A stretch of 64,000 bases of DNA. Source: a virus (taxonomy: Duplodnaviria; Caudoviricetes). The position numbers and the translations under genes were made by a program. Positions 27,036-35,771 of the stretch are shown in pieces; the stretch's first letter is position 1, and each line of letters begins with the position of its first letter. The stretch is taken from the IMG/VR virus record IMGVR_UViG_3300035134_000062, positions 335 to 64,334 of that record. The stretch is one strand, 5' to 3'. A model generated the notes under the pieces. That model was given only the letters and a program-made list of their open reading frames with translations, was not told the origin of the DNA and made no database searches.

Positions 27036-27457
27036 GTGAGATGAGAACAAGCGTTGCGTTGTTGGTTTTGGTTGTTGGGTTAGTGGTTGGGTGCGACCGC
27101 CGCGTCGGAGTAGAATCCAGCAATTGTTGTGACTGCATCGCTTCCTGGAATCCTGACCCGGAATGGGTGGAACGCAGGAATGACCAGTACCGCGCCAGGT
27201 TTGGTGATGGCAACCAATATAGCCACGTTGATGCGATGATGGCTCGATGGGTGGACGACCCAACACCTGCTACACGAGATGACATTGAGGCTGCGGCTTT
27301 ATTGCTGGGCGGTGCGCCACTCGATCACCTTATAGAGAAGATCGTTGCCACAGACGATCCTACGCTCATCGGCGTGCTCAAAAAGATCGAACGCCACACC
27401 AGCACACCATGGATTGCTCGTCGGGCACTTCGCGCGATTGAAACGCTCACGCGGTGA
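27032..27457 (+). CDS. Putative lipoprotein
   Basis: MRTSVALLVLVVGLVVG-C, a lipobox-like signal. Confidence 0.6.
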   Translation: MSEMRTSVALLVLVVGLVVGCDRRVGVESSNCCDCIASWNPDPEWVERRNDQYRARFGDGNQYSHVDAMMARWVDDPTPATRDDIEAAALLLGGAPLDHLIEKIVATDDPTLIGVLKKIERHTSTPWIARRALRAIETLTR

Positions 27458-27484
27458 CGTTGAGCGGTAGAAAGGAGGGTAGAG

Positions 27485-27718
27485 ATGAGTGAGCAACGGG
27501 AAGTTGGTAGGTTCACGGCCACGAAAGGCACCTACGCCGGCATCTCTTGGATGTGGGAGCTGCGCGATGAGTGGGGGCAGAAGTGGGTAGCGTTGCATAC
27601 AGACGACGAAGGTAAATACTATGCCGCCTTCGACGGATATTACCCCGAACCGGTGGGCGCGAAAGATCTGTCAGCCATTGCTACGTTCCTCAATGAACTG
27701 AACGATAAGGAAGGTTGA
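27485..27718 (+). CDS. Hypothetical protein, 'AIA.F..EL' family
   Basis: MSEQREVGRF...AKDLSAIATFLNELN. Confidence 0.75.
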   Translation: MSEQREVGRFTATKGTYAGISWMWELRDEWGQKWVALHTDDEGKYYAAFDGYYPEPVGAKDLSAIATFLNELNDKEG

Positions 27719-28125
27719 CTGACATGAGCTACTCACGCAGAGTCTACGTAGCGACAGCGCAACCGAACAAATCTGTTGTGTGCAAGGTTGCCAATGCTCT
27801 GCCGGATGGGTGGGTGTTGTCCTACGATTGGACGACCCACACCACCGACGATGACCCGAAGGATGTTTGTTATGGCGACTTCATAGGTGTACTTGAGGCC
27901 GATGTATTCATCCTGGTGGCGCCAGGCCGTAAGGGCGCACACTTCGAGTTTGGCCTTGCGTGTGGGCGGTATTTGAATGGACACCGGCCGCGTGCAATCA
28001 TCATTGTAGGTGGTATGCGTGGTGGTGAAGTGGAAGACTGGCCTCAGTGTCCGTTCTACCTTCTGGATTTCGTGTACAACGTTGAAACCATCGATGAGGC
28101 CATCGCCATCGTGTGGAGGATGTAA
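27715..28125 (+). CDS. Nucleoside 2-deoxyribosyltransferase-like / dNMP N-glycosidase-like protein
   Basis: D..GVLEADVFILV.PG.KGAHFEFG.A, the NDT-fold catalytic motif. Confidence 0.75.
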   Translation: MTDMSYSRRVYVATAQPNKSVVCKVANALPDGWVLSYDWTTHTTDDDPKDVCYGDFIGVLEADVFILVAPGRKGAHFEFGLACGRYLNGHRPRAIIIVGGMRGGEVEDWPQCPFYLLDFVYNVETIDEAIAIVWRM

Positions 28126-28376
28126 TGTCCAGGGTATGGCAAGTTCTTTGTATCGCCGCCGCCATGATGTTCATGTTGCTAGCGCCATTCATCCACGACG
28201 TGGTGTCGGCGCCCCGTTGGGATGCTACCGTAGAAACATCGGCGGAGGAGATTGTGTTCCCGTCTGAGGATCCAGAATGGGCCATCCAGTGCGTGTGCGC
28301 TACCAGGGTCGACGCTGATACTTGTTGGAACACAACCGTTGATTCCCACATTGTCTTGATCTGCAAGCGGAGGTGA
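28125..28376 (+). CDS. Hypothetical membrane-anchored protein
   Basis: N-terminal hydrophobic helix VWQVLCIAAAMMFMLLAPFI. Confidence 0.6.
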   Translation: MSRVWQVLCIAAAMMFMLLAPFIHDVVSAPRWDATVETSAEEIVFPSEDPEWAIQCVCATRVDADTCWNTTVDSHIVLICKRR

Positions 28377-28380
28377 CGCA

Positions 28381-29097
28381 ATGGCCATCGAACCAACTTT
28401 TAGCGTAGGCGACCGCGTTGCGTTCGAGCTGCAGGCAAATGGCGGCGGAGAGCCGCGGCATAGCCATGGGATGGACCGTCAAGGTTCTGGTGAGTGGGCT
28501 ATTGGGAGGATTTCTGATGTACACTCTTCGCTTGTGAGAACCAAATGGACAGAGGCGCCGACGAAGTTCTTAGTAGGTTGGGCGTGGCCATTACAAGGGT
28601 ATTCGACACACTCCCCAGATCAGTGGGACAGGCCGGGCTATCTCTGCAAGGTGTGCTGCAGTACGTGCGCATGGTGGGACCCGTATAGCGCTTGTGGCCG
28701 TGATCGTGCATGCGTCGGTGAGTATTCAGGGTGGACTCCACCCTACGGTACCCTGGTGAGCTCCAGCGACACACTAGAGGTTGCTGCACTCCCATTGCCG
28801 TCGAACCCCAAACCTGATCTATGCGCTCCGGTGCACGCGGAGGAGTACACCACAAAGACCTGGATCCGCCGCCGATTGCCTTCGAATCAACGCCAACGAG
28901 CTTACGATGCCGCTACTCAGGCCGCCAAAGATGAGCTGAAGTCCCAAGTTTTCTTGCGTTGTAGTGATTGGCCGTTCTGCCATGTTTGCGGCAAGCCGCG
29001 GGTTCTGGACTTTGACGTCCTGTGTGATGCTGAGACCCCAACCCAGACTGTGTATCGAGTCAGTGCGAAATTTGTGTGTGAGCCACCGGTAGTGTGA
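28381..29097 (+). CDS. Two-domain hypothetical protein
   Basis: The N-terminal domain is shared with the dUTPase fusion (QWD.PGYLC.V.CSTC, PPYG.LV). The C-terminal domain is shared with 49246-49989. Confidence 0.75.
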   Translation: MAIEPTFSVGDRVAFELQANGGGEPRHSHGMDRQGSGEWAIGRISDVHSSLVRTKWTEAPTKFLVGWAWPLQGYSTHSPDQWDRPGYLCKVCCSTCAWWDPYSACGRDRACVGEYSGWTPPYGTLVSSSDTLEVAALPLPSNPKPDLCAPVHAEEYTTKTWIRRRLPSNQRQRAYDAATQAAKDELKSQVFLRCSDWPFCHVCGKPRVLDFDVLCDAETPTQTVYRVSAKFVCEPPVV

Positions 29098-29294
29098 ATG
29101 TGCGTTGTATTCAGATAGCGGTCGTTGAATACAAGGAGTTGCGGTACCTCGGCAAAGGATACGACGGAGGGCGTTGTTGGATGGCGAGAGAGGTCTATGG
29201 GGGTTTGATCATGTTGCGTGGTGTGTGTGATCAAGCTCATGCTTTAGCCTATATGGGAAGTAGAATGCGCCGCGCTGTAGCGTACGAGGTTTAA
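29094..29294 (+). CDS. Hypothetical protein
   Basis: GTGA coupling to the upstream gene. Confidence 0.5.
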   Translation: MNVRCIQIAVVEYKELRYLGKGYDGGRCWMAREVYGGLIMLRGVCDQAHALAYMGSRMRRAVAYEV

Positions 29295-29298
29295 TGTA
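29280..29298 (+). repeat. 19-bp direct repeat, copy 1 (GCGTACGAGGTTTAA(T/C)GTA)
   Basis: The second copy is at 30262-30280; together they flank the dUTPase gene. Confidence 0.85.
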
Positions 29299-29329
29299 TA
29301 TCCAATCGATTTGTAACGGAGGTAATGCA

Positions 29330-30247
29330 ATGACAATCAAACCGAATCTACAAAAAGGAACCATGGTAGCGTGTGAGCTAGGAGGGGCTCTTAGGTTCCC
29401 ACGTTGGGATTACAGTTCCGACGCCGGTGGTAGTGGCCACTGGCTCCGTGGTGTTGTGATCGAAGCACATTCGTACGAGTATGAAGTTCGCTTCCCTTCC
29501 ATTGCTACGGAAAACCCTTATTGCTGGAGTTGGCCTAACAGCGGATCTTGTTGGTACGACGAAAGCCAATGGGACTTCCCTGGCTATCTTTGCGAGGTGA
29601 CGTGTAGTACGTGCGGTGATAAAGACCTATGCCTTAAGCAAGGTATGCGGTGCAGAGATATGTTTGAATTTTGGAGGCCACCCTACGGTGTTTTGGTGGA
29701 TTATGGCGGTCCGCAGGAGGTTGTTACTCCACCGGAGCTGACCTCCGTACCCGATTCATGTGCTTCGGCCTTATCACCCACTCCTATTTGTCAGCGACTT
29801 GTTGAGGTCAAGATCCAGCCGCTTTATCGGCCCGATGCCCCGTGGGTTAGACCTCCTCAGCGTATGAGCTCCGGTGCTGTTGGGTTTGATTTACATGCTG
29901 ACATCGATCTACCGACGTCCCTACGACCGGGCGAGAGGCGGTCGTTTTCTGTAGGTTTCAAAATGGCGTTGCCGCTTGGCTATGAGGCGCAGATACGTTC
30001 GCGTTCGGGCCTTGCGTTCGACCACGGGATTGTTGTGCTCAATGCTCCCGGGACGATCGATTCAGATTACCGTGGGGTAGTGTCTGTGATGTTGATCAAC
30101 CTTAGTGGTGCCGCTTACCTTGTGCGTCCCGGTGCACGGATTGCTCAGATGGTTATTGCGCCGGTGGCTCCTGCGTCTATGGTTGTGGTCGAATCTCTCG
30201 ACGACACCGAACGCGGTGCTGGTGGTTTCGGGTCTACGGGCGAGTAG
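29330..30247 (+). CDS. dut: Trimeric dUTPase with an N-terminal accessory domain
   Basis: GAVGFDL, IRSRSGLA, NAPGTIDSDYRG.V.V.LIN, RIAQMVI, RGAGGFGSTG (all five motifs). Start after GGAGG. Confidence 0.93.
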   Translation: MTIKPNLQKGTMVACELGGALRFPRWDYSSDAGGSGHWLRGVVIEAHSYEYEVRFPSIATENPYCWSWPNSGSCWYDESQWDFPGYLCEVTCSTCGDKDLCLKQGMRCRDMFEFWRPPYGVLVDYGGPQEVVTPPELTSVPDSCASALSPTPICQRLVEVKIQPLYRPDAPWVRPPQRMSSGAVGFDLHADIDLPTSLRPGERRSFSVGFKMALPLGYEAQIRSRSGLAFDHGIVVLNAPGTIDSDYRGVVSVMLINLSGAAYLVRPGARIAQMVIAPVAPASMVVVESLDDTERGAGGFGSTGE

Positions 30248-30261
30248 TGATGACGTACTCC

Positions 30262-30280
30262 GCGTACGAGGTTTAACGTA
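30262..30280 (+). repeat. 19-bp direct repeat, copy 2
   Basis: Matches 29280-29298 with one mismatch. Confidence 0.85.
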
Positions 30281-30478
30281 CACCTGGAGGTGTTCTGTGC
30301 CGAAGATTCTCAACAGTGCTCCGTCCTTGGCTTTGGAATGCGCTACATGCATCCATGCATTGCGCTCATGGGAGGACAATCCTTGCAACCAAGCGCTTGC
30401 GAACGTCATTCAGGGTAAGCGTGTTGTAGTAGGTTGCCCATTTCATCAGAGGGGGCCGTCATGGATTTCCGAAGCTGT

Positions 30479-30553
30479 ATGACAATTGTTGTCCTTGTTG
30501 TTGTGTCGTGGGCGTTGCTTATCTTAGGTCTTTGCTTTGGGGCGGGAGGGTGA
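30479..30553 (+). CDS. 24-aa hydrophobic micro-peptide
   Basis: MTIVVLVVVSWALLILGLCFGAGG; ATGA coupling to the upstream ORF stop. Confidence 0.4.
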   Translation: MTIVVLVVVSWALLILGLCFGAGG

Positions 30554-30558
30554 GTGGG

Positions 30559-30930
30559 ATGAGTGATACAGTTGATATCAAACCCTACATGCGTGAAGCT
30601 CTCATTGTTACTGCGCGTGTGTGGGCGTTTCGGTTAGCAAAGGCGGCTAAGCTTCCGGCGACGAACGCTGAGATTTTAGATTGTCTTGAATGTCCACTTT
30701 GTGTGGCTGTTGAAACGGCTTCTAGGGTCGCTGGTAGAGAGTGGTGTGGTATTTGCCCGGTTGGTGTTGTTCTGCAGTCGTTTGGTAAGGGGCCGTATAA
30801 TTCTGCGTGTATGCGTGTGATTGAAAATGGAGGCACTGTGGAGTCTGTTTTCATGAGTATCGTTCTACTCGGTGAGCTCTGCGGCGTCGATGTTGAGGCG
30901 GAGCTTTTGAAGGAGCGGGGAGATGGCTGA
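30559..30930 (+). CDS. Hypothetical protein (paralog of 48911-49240)
   Basis: CPLC...CGIC...TVESVFMSIVLLGELCGVDVEAEL. Confidence 0.75.
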   Translation: MSDTVDIKPYMREALIVTARVWAFRLAKAAKLPATNAEILDCLECPLCVAVETASRVAGREWCGICPVGVVLQSFGKGPYNSACMRVIENGGTVESVFMSIVLLGELCGVDVEAELLKERGDG

Positions 30931-31249
30931 ACGCAAAGTGGGCAGGTACAGAATTGTTGACCGAGCCGTGTTCGATGGGTGGGGCAACAGGGTGGCGACT
31001 GTGTTTGACAATGATGGACAGGCAGTTGTTGAGTTCATCGATATAGGCGAGGCTTTCCTGTCTGCTGCAGACTTGAAAGCGATTGCAGCTTACTTGGATG
31101 AGCGGGACGGAAACGGAGCTGATCCATTACAGCGTTTCCTGCAGGCCTACGATGATCTTGTTGCTGATACTCGGGTACGTCTCGACGCTATCGGTCTAGG
31201 TTCTAGTCTTGTGAAGATGCGAGATGAGGAGGAGGAGGAGGGTGAGTAA
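30923..31249 (+). CDS. Hypothetical protein, 'AIA.F..EL' family
   Basis: MAERKVGRY...AADLKAIAAYLDE. Confidence 0.75.
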   Translation: MAERKVGRYRIVDRAVFDGWGNRVATVFDNDGQAVVEFIDIGEAFLSAADLKAIAAYLDERDGNGADPLQRFLQAYDDLVADTRVRLDAIGLGSSLVKMRDEEEEEGE

Positions 31250-31250
31250 G

Positions 31251-31481
31251 ATGGTTGAACGCAAAGTGGGTAGGTTCATCGTTGAGAGATCTGTAGATAA
31301 ATCTGGGCGGGCGTTGCAATGGTGGACTTTGTATGATGAGGAGTTAGCGGTTGCGTCCGTAGGTTTGGATGGGTATATCAATTTCTTATGTGGCGAGTAT
31401 GAGGATGATTATTCTTTGAGCGCGGAGGACCTGCGAGCTATTGCGGTGTTCATTGATGATCTGAATAAGAAGGATTGGTGA
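31251..31481 (+). CDS. Hypothetical protein, 'AIA.F..EL' family
   Basis: MVERKVGRF...AEDLRAIAVFIDDLN. Confidence 0.78.
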   Translation: MVERKVGRFIVERSVDKSGRALQWWTLYDEELAVASVGLDGYINFLCGEYEDDYSLSAEDLRAIAVFIDDLNKKDW

Positions 31482-31482
31482 G

Positions 31483-31893
31483 ATGACTGAACGCAAAGTG
31501 GGTAGGTTCGATGCTACCGATGAAGTTTTTTGCGATGATGCGGTATGGGCTTTGTATGACAAAGCTGGTGGCTGTGTTGTGACTGTGTTTGTGAGTGATG
31601 GCCGGCATGTAGTTGATTTCTCCGAAGGAGTTGGAGACTTCCTCTCCGCGGAGGACTTGCGAGCTATTGCGGTGTTCATTGATGAGCTGAATGGTGAGGC
31701 TTTCTTACGCTCAGCGTTCTTCAAGTGTGGCTACTGTACCTACTTTCACCACAAGCATCAGTCCTTCACTCCGAGTGGTGGCACGTACTCATGGTGCAGC
31801 CACTTCGAAGAGTCGGTGGAAGCTTTCGATATGCCTAAACAAGGTGAGAAGTGCTTTTCTGGACCTATTGTGAAGGCTCCGGGAGAAGGGTGA
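31483..31893 (+). CDS. 'AIA.F..EL' family protein with a C-terminal Cys-rich domain
   Basis: MTERKVGRF...AEDLRAIAVFIDELN followed by KCGYCTYF...WC...KC. Confidence 0.78.
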   Translation: MTERKVGRFDATDEVFCDDAVWALYDKAGGCVVTVFVSDGRHVVDFSEGVGDFLSAEDLRAIAVFIDELNGEAFLRSAFFKCGYCTYFHHKHQSFTPSGGTYSWCSHFEESVEAFDMPKQGEKCFSGPIVKAPGEG

Positions 31894-31898
31894 GTGAC

Positions 31899-32123
31899 AT
31901 GAGCAAAGAGGAAGAGCAAAGCATGCACTGTGACGGACATCGACTATGTGTTCGCGGTGCGGGGAAGGTGCGCTATAAATGCAGATGTCCGGATTGCGGT
32001 GCACTGCATCGGTGGCACAGTCCAGAGGATGGTGAGACTTTGCTATGGTGCCACATGTGTGGTCGTACGTATAAACCAAGTCAGAATGATCTCCTCGCCA
32101 CTGACTGGGAGGTGGTCGAATGA
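31899..32123 (+). CDS. Zn-finger-like hypothetical protein
   Basis: CRCPDCG...WCHMCG; ends DLLATDWEVVE. Confidence 0.65.
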   Translation: MSKEEEQSMHCDGHRLCVRGAGKVRYKCRCPDCGALHRWHSPEDGETLLWCHMCGRTYKPSQNDLLATDWEVVE

Positions 32124-32212
32124 GTAACAAAATCGAAATATCGTGCCGCATAGTCTTTGGCGCTCTGCTATATCTGGCCGTTCTCAACATCTACCAATGT
32201 GTGCAAGGCTGA
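32120..32212 (+). CDS. 30-aa single-TM micro-protein
   Basis: MSNKIEISCRIVFGALLYLAVLNIYQCVQG; ATGA coupling. Confidence 0.45.
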   Translation: MSNKIEISCRIVFGALLYLAVLNIYQCVQG

Positions 32213-32240
32213 GTCTGTACCAACAAGGAGGGTGAGTGTG

Positions 32241-32483
32241 ATGAGCAACAAAAAGCAGAACGAGATTGAAAGCGAAGGCATTGAGATTGATCGCCTGTTT
32301 TTCGTTTCCCAAACGTCGGCCCGCTGCCTTGCAACCTACTTGGCTGCCACTTCAGGACGGTATGGCGGAATGATAGAGTCGCTCCGCCATGTGATCATAC
32401 CTGGACTTGTCGACAACGCCGAGGAGCTGTGGGACGAACTGTGCAAGCGATTTCCCGCTCCGGCTGAGGAGGAGAAGGAGTGA
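32241..32483 (+). CDS. Hypothetical protein
   Basis: AAGGAGG upstream; coupled to the next gene. Confidence 0.65.
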   Translation: MSNKKQNEIESEGIEIDRLFFVSQTSARCLATYLAATSGRYGGMIESLRHVIIPGLVDNAEELWDELCKRFPAPAEEEKE

Positions 32484-32815
32484 TGGAAGCCGGGACGTGT
32501 TACTGTGATTTCGATGGTCATGACGTTGTGCAGTGCTACAGAGAGCAACTTGTGAAAGCACGGAAGCGTTATGAATGCCCGGAGTGTGGTGTCACCATAG
32601 ATGTTGGGTCGCAGTATTGGCGCCTTGATTACTTTGGGCATGATGGGTGGTGCTCGGACAAGCGGTGTCAGATCTGCAAGAAGATTGCTGACGATTACTG
32701 CTGCAGAATCCTCGGCGAAGGCACCGTTCGAGATACGGTGTGGGATGTTCTTGGAGTGGATCTGAAGACTGGGAAGATCGACGAATCTTTTGTGGGTAGA
32801 GAGGATGACGAGTAG
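32480..32815 (+). CDS. Zn-ribbon hypothetical protein
   Basis: KARKRYECPECG..I..G..Y...C..C, a motif common in phage proteins. Confidence 0.75.
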   Translation: MMEAGTCYCDFDGHDVVQCYREQLVKARKRYECPECGVTIDVGSQYWRLDYFGHDGWCSDKRCQICKKIADDYCCRILGEGTVRDTVWDVLGVDLKTGKIDESFVGREDDE

Positions 32816-33040
32816 ATGGGTAAAAAGACGGAGCATTGTCTTGTCGATCAGATCATTGAGACGTGCCAAGAAATTTCTTGTTGTCTTGCAAGTCCATCTT
32901 CCAGCCATTATGCGTGGCATGGATCTAACTTCCCAACCCGTGTGGTGGTTATGAGTAACTCGCAAGGAGTGCGGTGGGATGAAATTGGAGAGCGCCCGGT
33001 ATGGGAGTGCATTGTTTACGAGCCAGCAGAGGAGGACTGA
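32816..33040 (+). CDS. Hypothetical protein
   Basis: GAGGA upstream; contiguous operon packing. Confidence 0.55.
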   Translation: MGKKTEHCLVDQIIETCQEISCCLASPSSSHYAWHGSNFPTRVVVMSNSQGVRWDEIGERPVWECIVYEPAEED

Positions 33041-33044
33041 AGTC

Positions 33045-33281
33045 ATGGAAGAAGAAAAAGGCGCGTTTGTGAGTCATGCGTGGTTCGAAGAAACACTGGG
33101 GCATGCTCTGGAGCGTGCTCAGAAAGAACCTCTAGACTACATGTTCGGAGCCTTGTGCTCGGAGATCGGATTAAGCCGCAGCCAAATGGAACTGTATTGG
33201 GACAGGATCCAGGAGTGGCGTGACGATCGGAAAGATGAAGTGCTTGCACAGCTCACGCAAGCGCTGGAGGAGAAGCAATGA
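33045..33281 (+). CDS. Hypothetical protein
   Basis: GGAGGA upstream; ATGA coupling. Confidence 0.65.
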   Translation: MEEEKGAFVSHAWFEETLGHALERAQKEPLDYMFGALCSEIGLSRSQMELYWDRIQEWRDDRKDEVLAQLTQALEEKQ

Positions 33282-33535
33282 CTGACACAACGATCCGGCG
33301 ATGTCGGCAATGTGGTCATGAGTATCAGGACGATTACACCTATGAGCTGTGCACGTGCGGCGGGGTGTTGGAGGTAGTTAAAGAAGGTGTGCTTTTGGCT
33401 GATGCGCTTGAGACTGTTTTTACAGAAATGGATCGCACACAACCGGATAGTGCATGGCAGAGTCGACCTCTCTCAAACTACGAAATCGCATTGGCGCGAG
33501 CTTTGGTAGAAGCTCAACAAGACGAGGAAGAGTGA
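33278..33535 (+). CDS. Zn-ribbon hypothetical protein
   Basis: CRQCG...CTCGG, a motif also seen in 26598-27035. Confidence 0.65.
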   Translation: MTDTTIRRCRQCGHEYQDDYTYELCTCGGVLEVVKEGVLLADALETVFTEMDRTQPDSAWQSRPLSNYEIALARALVEAQQDEEE

Positions 33536-34050
33536 TGCCGCAGCCGCCGCACCATACATCGATTGCTCGCGGAACGTACAGCAGCGACCAGGGTACTCCT
33601 GATTGGGTGCTCGATATTGCCAGACAATACGTCGGCAACTTCACACTCGATTTGTGTTCGTCAGAGCACCACAACAAGATCGTCAAAGCACGCCGGTTCC
33701 ATTCGTTGGAGAAGCCTTGCCCGAGACGTCCGCGTGTTCAATCTACGGGGGTTGTCTGGTGCAACCCACCGGGCCCTTGCGGATCCGTAGGTGAGTTCTG
33801 GCAAACATGGCTATACTGCGTGTGCGAAAAAGCTGCCAACGGAGCCTTCCTGTTCTTCAACATCGATCACTGGCGTCAGCTTCCGCCCCCTCCTATGGAG
33901 TTGCCGGCGATCGTTTTGCGGCGGCGCATCCGGTTTCTTGGTAACGAGAACGGCGCTAGCTTCCCTTCCGTTTTGGTGCTCTCCCCATGCCATGACGCTT
34001 TACGTAGCTTTGATCACACGTATGGGCACTCTATTATGTGGCGTCCGTAG
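33532..34050 (+). CDS. Phage DNA N6-adenine methyltransferase-like (Dam-family) protein
   Basis: GTPDWVL......FTLDLC......KA.RF......VWCNPPG; motif IV is NPPG rather than NPPY. Confidence 0.7.
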   Translation: MMPQPPHHTSIARGTYSSDQGTPDWVLDIARQYVGNFTLDLCSSEHHNKIVKARRFHSLEKPCPRRPRVQSTGVVWCNPPGPCGSVGEFWQTWLYCVCEKAANGAFLFFNIDHWRQLPPPPMELPAIVLRRRIRFLGNENGASFPSVLVLSPCHDALRSFDHTYGHSIMWRP

Positions 34051-34129
34051 ATGTTACTTTTCTATGGACACCGCGCGCGTGTTGGGGTACAGTGGGCGTG
34101 AGGGATCTGAGAGACGAAGGGGTTTCCTT

Positions 34130-34471
34130 ATGATTTGGCTTGATGAGCTGAAGCCGGGCGATAAGGTGGCTGTAGATACAACGCGTAGCCGACGCAAACA
34201 GATCGCCAGTGTTGCGAAAGTGACAAAAACGCAAGTTGTGACTACTGATAGAAGGCGATGGCGGAAGTCGTCTGGAGACAGAGTGGGGAGCGGCAGAGAT
34301 TATTCGATAGAGCGGATTGTACAGCTTACTCCGGAGATACAAACACAAATTGATTATGATCGACTTGTGACGTGGTTTCAATCGTTTTCGAAATATTTGC
34401 GGTCAGGCGAGCTTGTTATTTCCCACGAGATCCTTGAGGATATGCAAAGGATCTACAAGGATAATCAGTAG
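34130..34471 (+). CDS. Hypothetical protein
   Basis: LKPGDKVAV....I..V.KVTKTQVVT..RRWRKSSG..VG, a motif common in small phage proteins. Confidence 0.7.
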   Translation: MIWLDELKPGDKVAVDTTRSRRKQIASVAKVTKTQVVTTDRRRWRKSSGDRVGSGRDYSIERIVQLTPEIQTQIDYDRLVTWFQSFSKYLRSGELVISHEILEDMQRIYKDNQ

Positions 34472-34543
34472 GTGCAACATATATGGGAGGTGCACCATTG
34501 AACACTACTGGCCCTATTTGACACTACAACGATTTGGAAAGAG

Positions 34544-34936
34544 ATGGCATCGAAGAAACAGACTATGCCGAAAACACTCGGCACGTGCGTTGATAGGCTT
34601 TATGATCTACGGCAGAAAAGGTTTGATCTGCAGAAGGAGATAGCTAATATCAAGAAAGCGGAAGCGGAGCTTGCTGATCGTCTGATCAATGAGCTCCCTA
34701 AGAGCGATGCGACAGGCGTTGCTGGTCGTAAAGCTCGGGCAGTGGTGCAGACTAAGGTGGTGCCGCAAGTTCAGGATTGGCCTACACTCCATAAGTACAT
34801 CCTTCGAACGAAGGATTTTAGCTTGTTACAGCGTAGGCTTTCGGAGTCAGCTATCAAGGAAAGGTGGGACGATAGCAAGAAGATACCAGGCGTAGAGCCG
34901 TTCAACGCAGTTAAGGTTTCAGTAACAAAAGTCTAA
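34544..34936 (+). CDS. Conserved phage replication-module protein
   Basis: Coiled-coil N-terminus, V.DW..L..YI......LLQRR.SE.A..E......IPGVE; typical upstream of SSB/PolA modules. Confidence 0.75.
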   Translation: MASKKQTMPKTLGTCVDRLYDLRQKRFDLQKEIANIKKAEAELADRLINELPKSDATGVAGRKARAVVQTKVVPQVQDWPTLHKYILRTKDFSLLQRRLSESAIKERWDDSKKIPGVEPFNAVKVSVTKV

Positions 34937-34958
34937 GCAACAAGGGACAAAGATCAAA

Positions 34959-35762
34959 ATGGCAAGGAAAAAGACTACAGCAATGGCGCAGTGGGATAGG
35001 GAGTTGGCGGAGCTTGCCGGCGAAGCTGCGAATCAAGAGGCCGGAACTGGCGGGGGTTCGTTCTTCTCCCTCCGCGGTGGGCAGCTTACTTTCGACGGAG
35101 CTCCGGTTCCCGGCAATGAGATGGCCGTCGTTGTCCTCGATTCGGTTATGGAGAATGTATATTTTGAAGGCGACTTCGATCCGGACAATCCGGCGGGCCC
35201 GAAGTGCTATGCATACGCACGGGAGGAAAGCGCTCTACGTCCGCATGAAGCGGTGAAGTCCCCACAGTCCGAACAATGCTCTGACTGCCCCCACAATCAA
35301 TGGGGGACGGCGGACCGTGGACGTGGCAAGGCGTGCAAGAATCGTAGACGCCTCGGTGTGCTGAGTGGAGGAACGATCACACGGGGTGATGTTGATCTCG
35401 AAGAGGACCCCGATCATTTCGCGCGGGCGGAGCTCGGTATCCTTCCGCTTCCTCCGACAAGCCTCAATAGTTGGGGAGCCTACGTCAAGAGCCTTGCCGT
35501 GACTAAACGCCCACCACTGGCTGTGTACACTCGGGTATCCGTAGTGGCGGATCCAAAAACTCAGTTCAAGGTTCAGTTCGAGCTCATTCAGACGGTGCCC
35601 AACGAGGTTGTGGCAGTGCTGCTCAAACGCAACAAAGAGCTTCGTGAATCGAACGGCCTCGACTTTCCCTACCCGGAGCGGGAAGAAGAGAGTGCGCCAG
35701 CACCGAAAAAAGGTGCTAGGAGAAAGACCACAAAGAAGAAGGTGCAAACCAGAAAGTATTAG
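34959..35762 (+). CDS. Putative ssDNA-binding/annealing protein
   Basis: FFSLRGG.L......VV.LD....VYFEG.FDP.NP..P.C, C..CP.NQWG...G.GKAC.NRRRL, LPPTSL.SW..Y; lies upstream of PolA. Confidence 0.6.
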   Translation: MARKKTTAMAQWDRELAELAGEAANQEAGTGGGSFFSLRGGQLTFDGAPVPGNEMAVVVLDSVMENVYFEGDFDPDNPAGPKCYAYAREESALRPHEAVKSPQSEQCSDCPHNQWGTADRGRGKACKNRRRLGVLSGGTITRGDVDLEEDPDHFARAELGILPLPPTSLNSWGAYVKSLAVTKRPPLAVYTRVSVVADPKTQFKVQFELIQTVPNEVVAVLLKRNKELRESNGLDFPYPEREEESAPAPKKGARRKTTKKKVQTRKY

Positions 35763-35771
35763 GAGGGTGTT

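Noticed and set aside
33791-34129. N-terminal half of track ORF 33791-34471
   Set aside because: It overlaps the methyltransferase in another frame; the protein-like sequence and an RBS-like GAAGGGG begin at 34130.
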